A DNA stretch of 64,000 bases from Naegleria gruberi (GCA_000004985.1 GG738856.1); one strand, 5' to 3'. Shown: positions 34,557-46,512, counted from the first letter of the stretch. The notes: generated by a model not told the origin, from the letters alone. Made by a program: numbers and translations.

Positions 34557-34933
34557 CTTCGCGCACGGGTTTTCAAAATATTTTTTTTTGTACAATTAAA
34601 AATTTATTTATTTTTTAAAAAGTAATATTGAAAGTTTTCAGAGTAGCCTATTCTGAATGATGGCCTTGAAGGAAGAAGGTTTGTTGTTATCAATTATCAT
34701 CATTACTTTAAAAACTGCTCAAAATCATTTAATTTCAAGAGTATTTGCAATGTATTATTATCGATAATCAAATAGAGAGTGATGATAAAATTGAAATTCA
34801 TTTGATGATGATTTAAAACTATTAAAAGAATTCATTTTGATCATCAAAATAATTCTAAAATTTGTTCATGATTTTAAACGTACGATCTTCTTTATTGACA
34901 ATACGTTAACGTGTCAAATAGACAACAACGGAT

Positions 34934-35308
34934 TTACTTTTGCTCCTTTTGTTTCTTTCTCTCTTCTTGTTCCTCTTCTTGTTTTTGAATAATAGCATCA
35001 AAACCAGCAGTCTTCTTCAAATAAATTTGGATCTTAGCCTTTTGGAAGGATTGTTCGTTTTTACTAGACACTGGAACAGTAGAAGTTTGGATCTTTGAGA
35101 TAGTAGCGAGCTTTTGGTTCTTCAAGATTTCAGCACATGAAACAACAGTATTGATGGCACTACCTAAACCACTAAGTTCAATCTCTTCGTTATTCTTCAA
35201 GAATTTCTTGGACAAATAAACGTAGAAGGAGAGAGATTGTTTGGTAGCAGAAACTTGAATCTTGTTGTCATCTTGCTTGCCTTGTGGTACGTTGCTAGAA
35301 GTGCTCAT
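34934..35308 (-). CDS. Alba-like (Rpp25/Pop7-type) nucleic-acid-binding protein.
   Basis: 'KIQVSATKQSLSFYVYLSKKFLKNNEEIELSGLGSAINTVVSCAEILKNQKLATISKIQTST' matches the Alba fold pattern (GxGxAIxxAVxxAEILK). Confidence 0.55.
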   Translation of the reverse strand: MSTSSNVPQGKQDDNKIQVSATKQSLSFYVYLSKKFLKNNEEIELSGLGSAINTVVSCAEILKNQKLATISKIQTSTVPVSSKNEQSFQKAKIQIYLKKTAGFDAIIQKQEEEQEERKKQKEQK

Positions 35309-35739
35309 TTCCTTTAATTATGATATGCTCGGTACTAGAAATAATGATGATGATGTTGATAGAGTATTATCAGACGTTGTTGATTGCCTGCACTGTTAAT
35401 GTCTACTTAGATGAACGATCGTTTTTTTTTGTGTGTAAAGACAGCAAGCCTAGCTTCTTGTTAGCAGCTTACAAAATCAATCTCGTTAGAAGGAAGCCTC
35501 ATTTTTGCCCAAGCTGAGTCTCAGGTGTATTATGAAGAGGTTGTTTTTAGACTTACTTTAGCACACGTCTCGCTTGCAATTCCGAAGTTGTCAAATCTAA
35601 AAAAAGACTTGAAGTAATGAGAAGATTAATGTGAATTCCCAATATTTGTGTTAATATTCTGGTTAAATATATTAATTTTCTGTCAAGTTAATAAGTTAAT
35701 GGTTCATCCATTATGATAGTGAATGAAAATTAAAGAAAA

Positions 35740-37355
35740 TCATGGTTTACTAATGAAAGGAATATTTGCAAATCCTAATTGAGTACTCATTCTTTCAATA
35801 ACTTTACAAATATGTTCATAATCTTCTTCATTGGATTCTATAGTATTTGAAATTTTATATTCCACAAGTTCAGTAATATACGGTATCAATAATAATCCAA
35901 TTCCAAAATAAATAATATCACACGATCTATTTTCCACTTTTTCAACTATTATAAATGATTGAATTGATAAATATATCGAGTATACTTACTTGAAATTCTT
36001 GTTTCGGTAAAGAATATATAACTTGGTTGAGATAGAATGAATAGATTAATATATCTTCTGAAACATTTATCAATAGCTCTGATAAATAGTTTCTCCTTAT
36101 GAAATTTCACACTTTTATATCTATTCCACATCTTTTTCATCAAGTTAAAGTACATTTCAGAATATTGTATGTATGGATCTTCCAATAGAGTAGCTGTTTT
36201 TGTTACATTCTCATTGAAGAGATGTTCCATTTCTTCTCTTGTTGGATAGATTGATAAATCTACATGACATGAAGTATGCTTGTTTTTCAATTTCTTGTAA
36301 ATGAAATCGATTGATTTTTGAACTCGTTTTTGAAAATATAATCTTATGGAATATGGTGTATTGAGAATGTTTCTTCCTTGATACCATGGATTATTTTCTT
36401 GATTATATAAATAGAATACTCTTGTGAGGAATGGACGAACAATACTTGTTCTAAATAAATGACTCACAAACAGTTTTTCAAATTCATTCAATAATTTAGG
36501 GTAATCTTTTGGAAGATACAGATCAGTTCCATAATTGGTGGTCAAATAAGGATATGCAGCATTATAATTATAAACATAACATCCTACTTGTTTAGTATTT
36601 TCATTAATTTTCACAAATGGATCAAAATTGATTTGTTCAGTTCTATATCGTTCATTGACCAATTCTACATTATAGGAATAAGAGGAAAATTTGTAATTTT
36701 CATCTTCCGTTGGTTTTTTACAAGTATCGAATCCAATATCCAAAAAGGAAGTAAGAGGATTATTACTATTAAACAATATCGAATAAATATACGAGTTTCT
36801 AATATTAGTAGTATCTACATCTTCTGGTTTGTCTTTAATATATCTCAATAGACGATGTACATGTGTAGATTTAATCAATCTATAAAAGAATTGAAAGAAA
36901 ATATAAAAATCCGAAACATTTTTCACTCCAAAACACTTTCCATAATTAATATCATAAAAAGCATGATTAAAATAGACACTAATCATCAATGCACAAATAT
37001 CATTTCTTGATGTTAAAAGTGCTCTTCTCACACATTTATCAACCTCCTCAAATTGATCATCAACTTGATTTAATTTCTCTCTCATTAATTTCTCTGTTGT
37101 TTGTTGAAATAATTCTTCATTTTCCCTACTCCAATATTCACCTCTTCTCCAATTTTCAATCTTTTCCAAGGCTCCGAATGGTAATTCTTGTTGAATCTTT
37201 CTCCTCCAAAAGTGATCGGATTGAAATATTAATTTTCTTATTTTTCTATTTAATTTGGACCAACAATTGATCACCTCCCGAAGAGTACAATATTCAGCAA
37301 TGAAGAAACAAAAAAAATTATCATCCTGCAGACATAAATTAATAAATGGTTGCAT
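35740..37355 (-). CDS. F-box-like domain protein of about 530 aa, otherwise uncharacterised. Two exons, 37355..35990 and 35945..35740.
   Basis: The N-terminus 'FINLCLQDDNFFCFFIAEYCTLREVINCWSKLNRKIRKLIFQSDHFW' is F-box-like. The donor TCAA|GTAAGT at 35984-35989 and the TAATAG| acceptor at 35946-35948 join the 468-aa and 65-aa track ORFs in frame (...TETRIS|IEKVENRSCDII...). Confidence 0.5.
35946..35989 (-). other. Spliceosomal intron (44 nt).
   Basis: GTAAGT donor and TAG acceptor, with in-frame continuation into the downstream ORF. Confidence 0.45.
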
Positions 37356-37458
37356 TTTTTTTGTAAAGAATTCAAATTATTATTTATTATTGTTGAATAC
37401 TTGTTCTATAATGATTAGTATTAATACTTGTTCTATATAATGATATAATATGAGTTTT

Positions 37459-39851
37459 TTATTCTTTCAATAACTTTTTAATCTTTTTGTAAAGATATTT
37501 AGCAGGTAAATCATTTGGATTATGTTCCATAAAATCTTTCATAATATTCTTGGCAACTTCTAATTGAGTTTCTTGTAAATAATATGAAAATGCCTTATTG
37601 TAATCAACCCATCGATTCTTTCTTTCCTTATCTTTCAATTCATACATCCATTCATCTGTTAAAGTATCTTGTAATTCACCAATTTCGAATAGATTAATTT
37701 TCTGACCTTTTTGCTTTGAAATGAGTGAACAACTAGTTTCTAATAAAAATTGTTTTCTTCCAACAAATCGAGAGGAGAATTGTTCAGATTGTGAATGAAT
37801 AATTTCTGAAATTATGAATGAAATGTTAAATTTCATTGCATGTTTCATCATTCGTTGTAAATTTTGTGATAAACTTGACATGATTGTGAAAACTTTTGAT
37901 TCTCTAGTTCCGTAATTACCACATTTGGAAGTTTGGCTATGAACTGCAATTCTAAATGAGAAATTTTGAATTAAATCTGAATTTTGTTCAAATATTCTAT
38001 CATTCTTCCATTTCTTTGATAATTGTTGTAATCTATCATATAATTTAAAAGAGAATAATAATGATTTCTGACAATGTTGTTTGACTTCTGACACACTATT
38101 CAATGATATTACAATGGATTGATTTTCAAAACTACCCAAATATGCTCCAGACTTTGAACTTGTTTGTTGTAAAATTTCAAATAATTCACTCATCAATCTA
38201 ATAACTTCATTGTTATCTAAAATTGAAAACCAATCTTCAATTCCATCCAAATAAATTAAACAAGCACTAATATCCTTACTTTCCATTCCAATTTTAAACA
38301 TTGATGATTTGGAATCTGAGACTGATTTTCTTAATGAGTTTTTCAAATCAACACTTGAAAACATTCCATATTTGGATTTGGCTGCAGAATTTGTTGATTT
38401 TCTATAAGTGGATTCTGAAACAGCTTCTTGTTCTACTGCTGTATTATCACCTGTGTGTTCTAGTTGACTCAATAAATGGGATGGAATAAAAGCTCTATAT
38501 TGTCTAATTTTGGTAACCATTTGTGAAAAACCTTGTTGTAATTGAGAAATTTCTGTAAATCTACTTGGAACAATTACCAAATCCAATTCCATTCTTGAAA
38601 GACTATCAAATAATTCAATTAAATTCCAAAATGGTTTTGAAATTCTATAAGAGGAATAAATTCCCAAAAATGTTCCACCCAAAATTATCATTATACCACA
38701 AACAATGCCAACAATGATGGCAATGACCATATTTCCTATAAATGTCCATCTTGGAATGGTTACTGCAAATATCCAATCCAGCCCTGTTTGTGTGCAATAT
38801 CTGTAAACACTAATTTTGTAGAACGTATTCGAAACATCACCGAATGAATTGCAAGGTAACTGAAAATTTGGATAACTTTGATTAACCCAATGATATAAAT
38901 TTCTACTGTTATCATCCATTTGATCAACTGTAGTACTAATATTGAATGAATCAGGATAGCTCGCTAAATTATTGTAAAAACTTTACAAAAACAAATTACA
39001 ATCAACTTACTTGCAACTACAATTTGTGAACTAGTTTCAATAATCAATCCAAATGAACCACTATTCTCTCCCTGAGTAACATTCTTCAAGAAGAAAGTCA
39101 AATCAGAAACTGAAATTGCCATTTTCAAATACCAATCATAACCTTTAGCTCTTTGTGAATTTTCCTTCGAGTTGACTAAACCAACAAATCTCATTGGTAA
39201 ACCATTTAATTCATATAAATGAGTAAAGAATGGTTGACCAGGTTTCTTATAAATCATATTAGCAATAGCTGAATCAGAAGTTGGTGGTAAAGTTGCTAAA
39301 TAAATTGGACATGCTGGGAATATGACACATAATTTAACTGTAATTCCACTAATTGGTGAGATGAAAACTTTGATGAGTGGTTCATTAATGACATATCCAA
39401 TGGCATTGCTTTCATAATTGTAAACTGTCAATTCTTTCATTATGGATTTGTGAAAAGTAGTTTCGGATAAAGTAAACGAAGCTATTGAGGAATCTGCAGT
39501 GTTGATATCTGAAACATTGGTGAATGAATTCATGATTTGATATTTGGCAGTTTGAGAGGCAATCACGAATTGATTAAAAGTTTGATCAACGTATGAAATT
39601 AATTTATCCTGTTTTAAGGAAACTATTGAATCTGACATTTCTTGTAATGAAATACTAAACGAAAGTATCCAAATAATACTTTGAATAAATACACTGCATG
39701 TTACTGCTATTATAATAATGGAGAGAATGCAAAATTTAATGGACACTAATTTTCTATTCGAATCTAATTCATTCATTGAACTTTCAGACGAATCTTCATC
39801 TATTGTTTTATCTCCTTTTGATAGAGTGGTAATGGGTTGAATTCTTGCCAT
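37459..39851 (-). CDS. Receptor-type membrane protein with an N-terminal signal anchor, an extracellular domain, a transmembrane segment, and a degenerate (probably inactive) class-III cyclase-homology domain. Two exons, 39851..39011 and 38927..37459.
   Basis: TM stretches 'ILSIIIIAVTCSVFIQSIIWILSF' and 'IAIIVGIVCGIMIILGGTFLGIY'. Cytoplasmic 'ISACLIYLDGIEDWFSIL...' and 'FRIAVHSQTSKCGNYGTRESKVFTIMSSLSQNLQRMMKHAMKFNISFIISE' follow the cyclase-domain pattern (RIGxHxGxVxxGxxG...ASRMES) with key residues changed. The donor GCAA|GTAAGT at 39005-39010 and the CAG| acceptor at 38928-38930 join the 295-aa and 486-aa track ORFs in frame. Confidence 0.55.
38928..39010 (-). other. Spliceosomal intron (83 nt).
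   Basis: GTAAGT donor and CAG acceptor. Of the two candidate acceptors, only this one is in frame. Confidence 0.5.
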
Positions 39852-40915
39852 TTTTCTTTATGATTTTCTCTGAAATCTGTTTCAAATTCAATAAGAAGTA
39901 GTTCAACTATTATTGTAGTTTTATGTAATGTTGACTGATTGAAGTGTAGTTTATGTGTGTAGTACAAACTAAATATATATGTTTGTGCTTGGATTTCCTT
40001 TCTCTCTCTCTAGGGTTGAGAATATAATTTACGTTTTGGATGTTCCTGAAACATCAATAGACATCATCAACATTAATATTTTTGTCAATAGAATTAAAAA
40101 GCACTGTACTGAGTAGTAAACACGAATGAGGCACATAAAATTGAATATAAAACTTGAAGCCCCACAAGTGTGTTAACCTCTGATGAACTTGCATGGTTGG
40201 GTATATTTTATTTTCCGATCAAAACTGTTTGCAAACAATGAAAAACAATAAATTTTGTCGTCATGCACTAAATTAAAAAAATATTTATTTTCCAACCTAA
40301 TGATGAATTGATTCTTCATCTTGATAGAGAGAAGATTGTGTCAACCTCTCACAATGATCCTTAATTTATATTTGTATTCTTTAATTTCAAATTACTTGAT
40401 CAAATTTGACTTGGCCGATATTAAACTCACCCCGAATGTGCAACTTCATTTCTCAACTTCATTCTACAAGAGATTGTTTTGATTCAAAATTTGTGCATTT
40501 TCAAAGATTTAGACTTCTTAATCAATTATTTAATTTTGGAACGATTCAAAGTTGTATGAATCGAATAGTATCTTCTCAAATTATCCATCAATTTTCAAAG
40601 ATAGTGTTCATGGCTCAGAATATATTGGAGGTCTGAATCTCTATGAACCCATCAGTGTTTGTAGATAAATCACTACCTATCAAAACTTTCCAATTGAGGT
40701 ATAAATAATCACAATAGGACAACTCTATAGATTGCAAAATTTAATATTTGTGTTTTAAAAAGCTCGATTAGCACAGAATTAAACAATATCTCTTGAAATC
40801 AATCCAAAAATGTACAAAAAATTAGTTCACCGAATAATAAAAACACAAATTTTCATACACCTTTACCTTCTTTCGAATAATAATTTGTAGTTGAAAACTA
40901 GTTTCTTTCAAAAAA

Positions 40916-41435
40916 ATGTATAAAGTTAAAACCACCACTGATCCAATAACCATTACAAATAATAGTTTGATAATAGCAGAGTCAACTGAAATAAAAGAGG
41001 GAAGTGTAACAGGTGTTGATAATTCATCTCAAATACTTTCGTCTGCTTCAAGTTCTTCATTATCAGCTCTGACTGGAAAGAGTTTAGTTTCGTCTTTACT
41101 TTCTAATATTTATTCTATCATTATTACATTTCGTCCAAAAGAAAGTTTGAATAATTCAACTTCTAAAATTGTTTGGGCGATAATTTTTCATATTTATTTA
41201 ATTTATAATTCAATTGTTGTTTCGTCATTTCCAATACCTTATTCGAGACAAGACGAATCTAAATTATGGGGTTATATTCCAGCATGGATTTGGAGAGTTT
41301 TATTCTTTCCAATGAATTTTGGATGTGAATTTTATCCATATGAAGCAATTGTAACATTATCAATACTATTTCTAGTTTTGGAAATTGCAACTATTTTTGG
41401 ATTTTATTGGTGTAGATGGGCTTCTAAAAAAGGAG
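40916..41435 (+). CDS. Candidate 5' exon of the downstream cyclase gene. It is a multi-TM segment of about 173 aa. It could instead be a separate small membrane protein.
   Basis: ATG at 40916. It is hydrophobic, in the same frame as the 41606 ORF, and ends at a GAG|GTAAAT donor at 41436. The interval to the 'ctcctaatatttcag' acceptor at 41603 is 168 nt (3n), so splicing would be in frame. Confidence 0.35.
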
Positions 41436-41605
41436 GTAAATTATATGAAAAAGGTTTGTTTAATGGGTATTAAAATTTAAATAATTTTTAAAATAATTTT
41501 TCAATAGTTAAACAAATCATTCAAGCAATTGTTATCTTTTATAGAATTTTTACCATTTTTATAATTTACATTCATAGTTTATTACTTTCTCCTAATATTT
41601 CAGAT

Positions 41606-44600
41606 ATGACTTCCTATTTTTATCCATCTGTTTCATTTACTAATACTCCACATATTGTATTTGCTTGTGTTGGTGTGATTGGTATTATACTAACTTTAGT
41701 AATTACCATTTTTGGAATTTATTTAACAATTGAAACAATTCCACCAACTTCATACAAAACATTCTTTTCACTTGCTTTAATTTATCCATTCTGTTCATTA
41801 ATTGTCACTAATCAAATAAGTGTCATTGCAAATATTATTTGTAGTGAAAAATTCTCCTTCATTTCCTCAATTATTAAGATTATTCTAAATATGGTAGTAT
41901 TCTGTTTAATGTTTAGAACATTTCCATTTTTTAGAAAATGGGAAAATTGTTTCTTCTTGGGAATTGTTGGTTCTAAAATTTTGGCGCCAATTGTTCCCTT
42001 AGTTTTACATTTTGTTAAGGGAAATGACATTATTGGCGGATCATTGACAGGTGTCACATTTATTGCAGCCTTAATTGGTTTCGTATTAGCAAGTCTATTT
42101 TCCTATATTTATTCCAGTTTACATTTGAGACATGTTAGAAAATTATTGGATTACAAATCAGAAACAAGTAATACTTTACAATATTTGGAACATTCAAAAG
42201 ATGTACAAAATTCAATTTCACTCTTTCTTCGATTTTCATTAACTCAAACAAGAAATTTGACAAATTTAGAAGGAAGTGATTTTGATTTTGCAAAATATTT
42301 TGTTTTACAAAATGGAAAAAACATGTCATCTGCTGAAATGTTAATTACCTGTTCAATGTTTATTGCATTTGGTCAATTGGAGGGATATGATAAAAGTCAA
42401 GCATGTGCACTTGGTTTAGCATGTTTACAAAAAGCAGCAAAGAATTCACCCAATCAAATTCAAATATTTCACATCATGCTAAGAATGGAAGAATTGGAAC
42501 ATTTAGCCTTTCATGGAAATAATTTGGAAGTTTTAAGAAGATTGGAAACTTTAGAAAAAAAGGTAAAAATTTTAGGAAGAGCTCACAAAACATTTTTTAA
42601 AGAATTATTGAATGAAAAGCCAAAAATTACAAAATTGGAAAATATCAATCGTACATGTTGTGTACTTTACAATGAATGTGATAAGATTTATGAGAATTTA
42701 TTGAATATGAGTAGAAATAATAAGGCACTTTTGAAATCTTATGCTTCCTATTTGGAAAAATATAAATGGGAATTCCAATTAGCTCAGGAATTTTATGAGG
42801 AAGCTCAAGAGGCTGAAGAAGATAAGAAAACTGCACAAATTATATTGAAATCTAGACGAAAGTCAATGAAAGGTGAAATTCCACAACCAATTCCAGAATC
42901 AGCAAGTAGAAGATTCAGTATCACCAATACTTCATATATGAATGATGAAAATTGGGATTCGGTTAGTTGTGCAGCAGCTGAAGAGAATGAAGATAGAAAG
43001 GATAATATCATTAGAAGTGCTATTAATACTCCTATGAATACTTTGATTTATTCATTATCTTTCTTATTGATTAGTTTAGTTTCAATTATTGCTTTGGCTA
43101 TCATTGCACCAATGGCATTGAGTTATTCTGCAACCATTGATATTAGAATGTCAATGCAAGAGAAAGTATGCTTAATGTCAGGTGTTCCTTACAAGATGCT
43201 TTCACAAATCAAAGCCCTCCAATCAGAACATGCCTTGAGAGGTTTCATTTCTCCTCAAATGAAAAATTCAACCTATACTCAAACTAATCTCATGTTAGAT
43301 TTAACAGAAGAAGTAATAAGTGCAGGAAGTAATGGTAAACTAATTCCAGAAGTAGTCCAAGCCTATTTAAATAGTGAATATATTGTAAGCATTCCAATTA
43401 AGAATTATTCACTTGAAAATACTTCAATTATTCCTGAATATTCACAAACTAATACTTCACTATCTTTCTATATGGGTACTATTCTAGCTCAGGGTAGAAA
43501 TGTTCTGTTACAATTTTCAGATTTGGAAACTTTGACAACTCATTTGGATAACAATTATCCATTTTTATTTTTCTATTACAATAGAATGGTCATGACAAAT
43601 GCATTTAACAAATTTTGTACAACATTTGTGAATGCTAGTGTTGATTCATTGGATCAGAATTTCAATTCTTTATTAATTGCTTCTTGTTCAGTTATGGTAG
43701 TTTATCTATTTTTGGCAATTTCTTACTTGTTAGTAATGCGTATGCATACTAAGAGAATTACTATGGAAATTAAGGGCGTATTCAAAAAGATTCCAAAAGA
43801 TGAAATTGGAAAAATTTATCATAATTTTGATAAGAAATTGGACGATACCATGAATTCATTGAATTCATCCATATTGAAACCTAATCGTTTAATTATTTTA
43901 TCAGGTTGTGTTACCATTCTAATAGTTTGTATGGGTATTATTTTGATTCTCATTGAGTATAAACTAAATTCAGATAGAGCTTCACTTTCAATGAATAATC
44001 TCAGTATAATTAATAGTGTATTATATAGAGTTTCAAGTGTTAATTTCAGAGTTAATGAAATGATTCAAAGATCAAAATATAGTCAATTGACTACTTTTAA
44101 TCAATTGAGAGATTCAAGTGTAACGGATATTCAAGCTATTCAAAAATATTGGTATTCCATAATTTTGGGAAATGATAAATCTGGTTATCAATCAGCAGTG
44201 GTTGGAAAATATTCAGATATTGATGCTCAATTGAGTAATACATGTAATGATACTATTGAAATGAATTTTGCAAACACTACTAATGATAACTTATGTTTTG
44301 GATTGAATGATTTCATTACTGAATTCATTTCTAGAGCTACTGAATTGAATGAAGAAGCTTTTAAACTATCTGATTCGACAAGTGACTTGACAAGAAGATA
44401 TATTGATAGACTTTTCTATCTTTCTCAAGTATTGACTCAACAATTATTAGGATTTGTATCTAAATTTGTTGCTCATGAAAAAACTGCTCAAACTTACATT
44501 ACAGCAACTTCAATTTCTGTTACAATTATTGTAATCATTGTAATGGGAGTATTGTGTTTCAATTCTTTACTTAGTTTTTGGAAGGAACGATTCTGCTTGA

Positions 44601-45862
44601 GAATGCTATTGAATTATCTTAATATGGAAGTGATTGAAAACACTTTCCTATTGAAGGAATATGTCATGTCCAATTCTGTTTCATTTTCAAATACTACAAC
44701 AAAAATTATGGGAAAGCTCAATAAGATTCATTCAGAGGATAGCTCAACATGTGGTGATGAATCCATTCTAATGGTCAAAACAGTACTCAATGGAGGTGTC
44801 GATGCAAGTATTCTTTGTAATAGAGAAGGAAGTATTACAATATTTAATAATGCCGCTGAGGAAATGTTTGGTTATGCAAGAGCTGATGTTTTAGGTGATG
44901 CAATTCAAACTCTATTCACAGAAGAATATTCATCTCGATTGACCAAATTAATGAGTTCAGAATCAACATGTAAAGGTGATACCTTCGAAGCTATTGGATT
45001 ACGCAAGAACAAGTCAACCTTCAACTCAAAAGTCAGTGTTTCAGTCACAACCTACGATAAGAAACCCATGTTAATTGCCTTTATTAGAGATGTAACTCCT
45101 GAAAAGAAACTAAATTTGTTAATTTGTGAAGAAAAAAAGAAGAGTGAAGATTTATTATTGAACATTCTGCCACAAGCAATGGCTTCACGATTGAAGAATG
45201 GTGAGACGAATCTGTACGAAAAATTCAATGATATTAGTGTATTTTTTAGTGATATGGTTGGTTTTACATCGATGAGTTCTGGAATGCAACCAAGTGAGCT
45301 AGTTCAAATGCTCAACTCAATTGTGCAGGGTTATGACAAGTTGACAGAAGTTCATGGAATTGACAAGATTAAAACCATTGGTGATGCTTATTTTTGTGTT
45401 GGTGGACTTCAGGCAAGCAAAACTTCTGATCATCCAGAAAAGATGTTGGCATTTTCAATTGACATTATGTCATTTTTAAGAAGAACTAATGCTTCCACTA
45501 ACAAACCAGTTAATATTAGAGCAGGAATTCACACAGGTGAAGCAGTAGCTGGCGTAATTGGATTTAAAAAGTTTGCCTATGATTTGTGGGGAGATACTAT
45601 TAACACAGCTTCAAGAATGGAGTCAACCGGAGTTCCAGGAAGAATTCAAATTTCCAGAACAACCTATGAAAGAGTTTACGATTTGGGTTTTGAATTTGAA
45701 GAGAGAGAACAGGAAGTGAAAGGAAAAGGAAAAATGAAATGTTACTTGTTATCGAGTAAACATCATGAAAATCCAATGAATTTTCAAGATGATGATGTGA
45801 ATATTAGAACATTTCAGAGTACAGAGTTTTTGAGTTTGAAAGAACATCACGATTGTAAATAA
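41606..45862 (+). CDS. Multi-pass transmembrane nucleotide cyclase (adenylate/guanylate, class III) with a PAS domain immediately upstream of the catalytic domain.
   Basis: Several predicted TM helices lie in the first 1000 aa. The PAS-like block is 'ILCNREGSITIFNNAAEEMFGYARADVLGDAIQTLFTEEY'. Cyclase catalytic motifs are 'FSDMVGFTSMSS', 'KIKTIGDAYFCVGGL', 'AGIHTGEAVAGVIG' and 'YDLWGDTINTASRMESTGVPGRIQIS'. Confidence 0.8.
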   Translation: MTSYFYPSVSFTNTPHIVFACVGVIGIILTLVITIFGIYLTIETIPPTSYKTFFSLALIYPFCSLIVTNQISVIANIICSEKFSFISSIIKIILNMVVFCLMFRTFPFFRKWENCFFLGIVGSKILAPIVPLVLHFVKGNDIIGGSLTGVTFIAALIGFVLASLFSYIYSSLHLRHVRKLLDYKSETSNTLQYLEHSKDVQNSISLFLRFSLTQTRNLTNLEGSDFDFAKYFVLQNGKNMSSAEMLITCSMFIAFGQLEGYDKSQACALGLACLQKAAKNSPNQIQIFHIMLRMEELEHLAFHGNNLEVLRRLETLEKKVKILGRAHKTFFKELLNEKPKITKLENINRTCCVLYNECDKIYENLLNMSRNNKALLKSYASYLEKYKWEFQLAQEFYEEAQEAEEDKKTAQIILKSRRKSMKGEIPQPIPESASRRFSITNTSYMNDENWDSVSCAAAEENEDRKDNIIRSAINTPMNTLIYSLSFLLISLVSIIALAIIAPMALSYSATIDIRMSMQEKVCLMSGVPYKMLSQIKALQSEHALRGFISPQMKNSTYTQTNLMLDLTEEVISAGSNGKLIPEVVQAYLNSEYIVSIPIKNYSLENTSIIPEYSQTNTSLSFYMGTILAQGRNVLLQFSDLETLTTHLDNNYPFLFFYYNRMVMTNAFNKFCTTFVNASVDSLDQNFNSLLIASCSVMVVYLFLAISYLLVMRMHTKRITMEIKGVFKKIPKDEIGKIYHNFDKKLDDTMNSLNSSILKPNRLIILSGCVTILIVCMGIILILIEYKLNSDRASLSMNNLSIINSVLYRVSSVNFRVNEMIQRSKYSQLTTFNQLRDSSVTDIQAIQKYWYSIILGNDKSGYQSAVVGKYSDIDAQLSNTCNDTIEMNFANTTNDNLCFGLNDFITEFISRATELNEEAFKLSDSTSDLTRRYIDRLFYLSQVLTQQLLGFVSKFVAHEKTAQTYITATSISVTIIVIIVMGVLCFNSLLSFWKERFCLRMLLNYLNMEVIENTFLLKEYVMSNSVSFSNTTTKIMGKLNKIHSEDSSTCGDESILMVKTVLNGGVDASILCNREGSITIFNNAAEEMFGYARADVLGDAIQTLFTEEYSSRLTKLMSSESTCKGDTFEAIGLRKNKSTFNSKVSVSVTTYDKKPMLIAFIRDVTPEKKLNLLICEEKKKSEDLLLNILPQAMASRLKNGETNLYEKFNDISVFFSDMVGFTSMSSGMQPSELVQMLNSIVQGYDKLTEVHGIDKIKTIGDAYFCVGGLQASKTSDHPEKMLAFSIDIMSFLRRTNASTNKPVNIRAGIHTGEAVAGVIGFKKFAYDLWGDTINTASRMESTGVPGRIQISRTTYERVYDLGFEFEEREQEVKGKGKMKCYLLSSKHHENPMNFQDDDVNIRTFQSTEFLSLKEHHDCK

Positions 45863-45893
45863 ACAAGTATCTTGTTGGTATTCGAAAGTTTTA

Positions 45894-46286
45894 TTAGAAA
45901 CATTCAAAATTTAAAGAATACAAATTCCAAGCAGATCTAGCACCATTGACAATAACATAAATTTGATCTTTCATTTGGTCTAATCCATTGTAAACATAAG
46001 TAATTCCATTTTCAACACTTGTAGCTCTGTAATCAAATTCGGAAAAACTTGGAATTGAATTCTTTTTCACAGCGACATTGACAGCACTTCCAGAACTAAC
46101 ATTCAAAATGAATTTAACTTGAGAACATTTCAAATCAGAGATGGAAGCTTGATAATATTTTGGATTATTTTGAACATAATCTGAAATCCAATTTCCTTTC
46201 CAGTGGTTGACTTGTTGAGAGTTGACCATGAGAGTAAAGCTCATTAGAATAAAAAGGAGCAATAATACGAAACTGAATCTTGACAT
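45894..46286 (-). CDS. Small secreted protein (130 aa) with an N-terminal signal peptide. Function unknown.
   Basis: 'MSRFSFVLLLLFILMSFTLMVNSQ' is signal-peptide-like. Confidence 0.4.
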   Translation of the reverse strand: MSRFSFVLLLLFILMSFTLMVNSQQVNHWKGNWISDYVQNNPKYYQASISDLKCSQVKFILNVSSGSAVNVAVKKNSIPSFSEFDYRATSVENGITYVYNGLDQMKDQIYVIVNGARSAWNLYSLNFECF

Positions 46287-46512
46287 TTTTTAATACGAAC
46301 AATTATTGTGAGGGCTTGAAATCTGTTCATTTTTAATACTGTTAAACTCCTATAGTTCCATGAATTGTTTCCAGTTTCAATTTATTTTATCTAAATACGA
46401 TTTCCAAGTAGATTTTTAAAAGGAATTTACACATCTCTATTAGAAACTTATTCCATTTCACAAAATTGTAATTCGAACTTGTGGAAAGCTCATTTTACTA
46501 CAGTTTTACAAT

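Noticed and set aside
40003-40014. (CT)6 microsatellite.
   Set aside because: It is a trivial short simple repeat in intergenic DNA with no evident function.
40406-40636. 76-aa ORF in the intergenic region between the two cyclase-family genes.
   Set aside because: It has no codon bias typical of the coding genes here and no recognisable motif, and it lies in the presumed bidirectional promoter.
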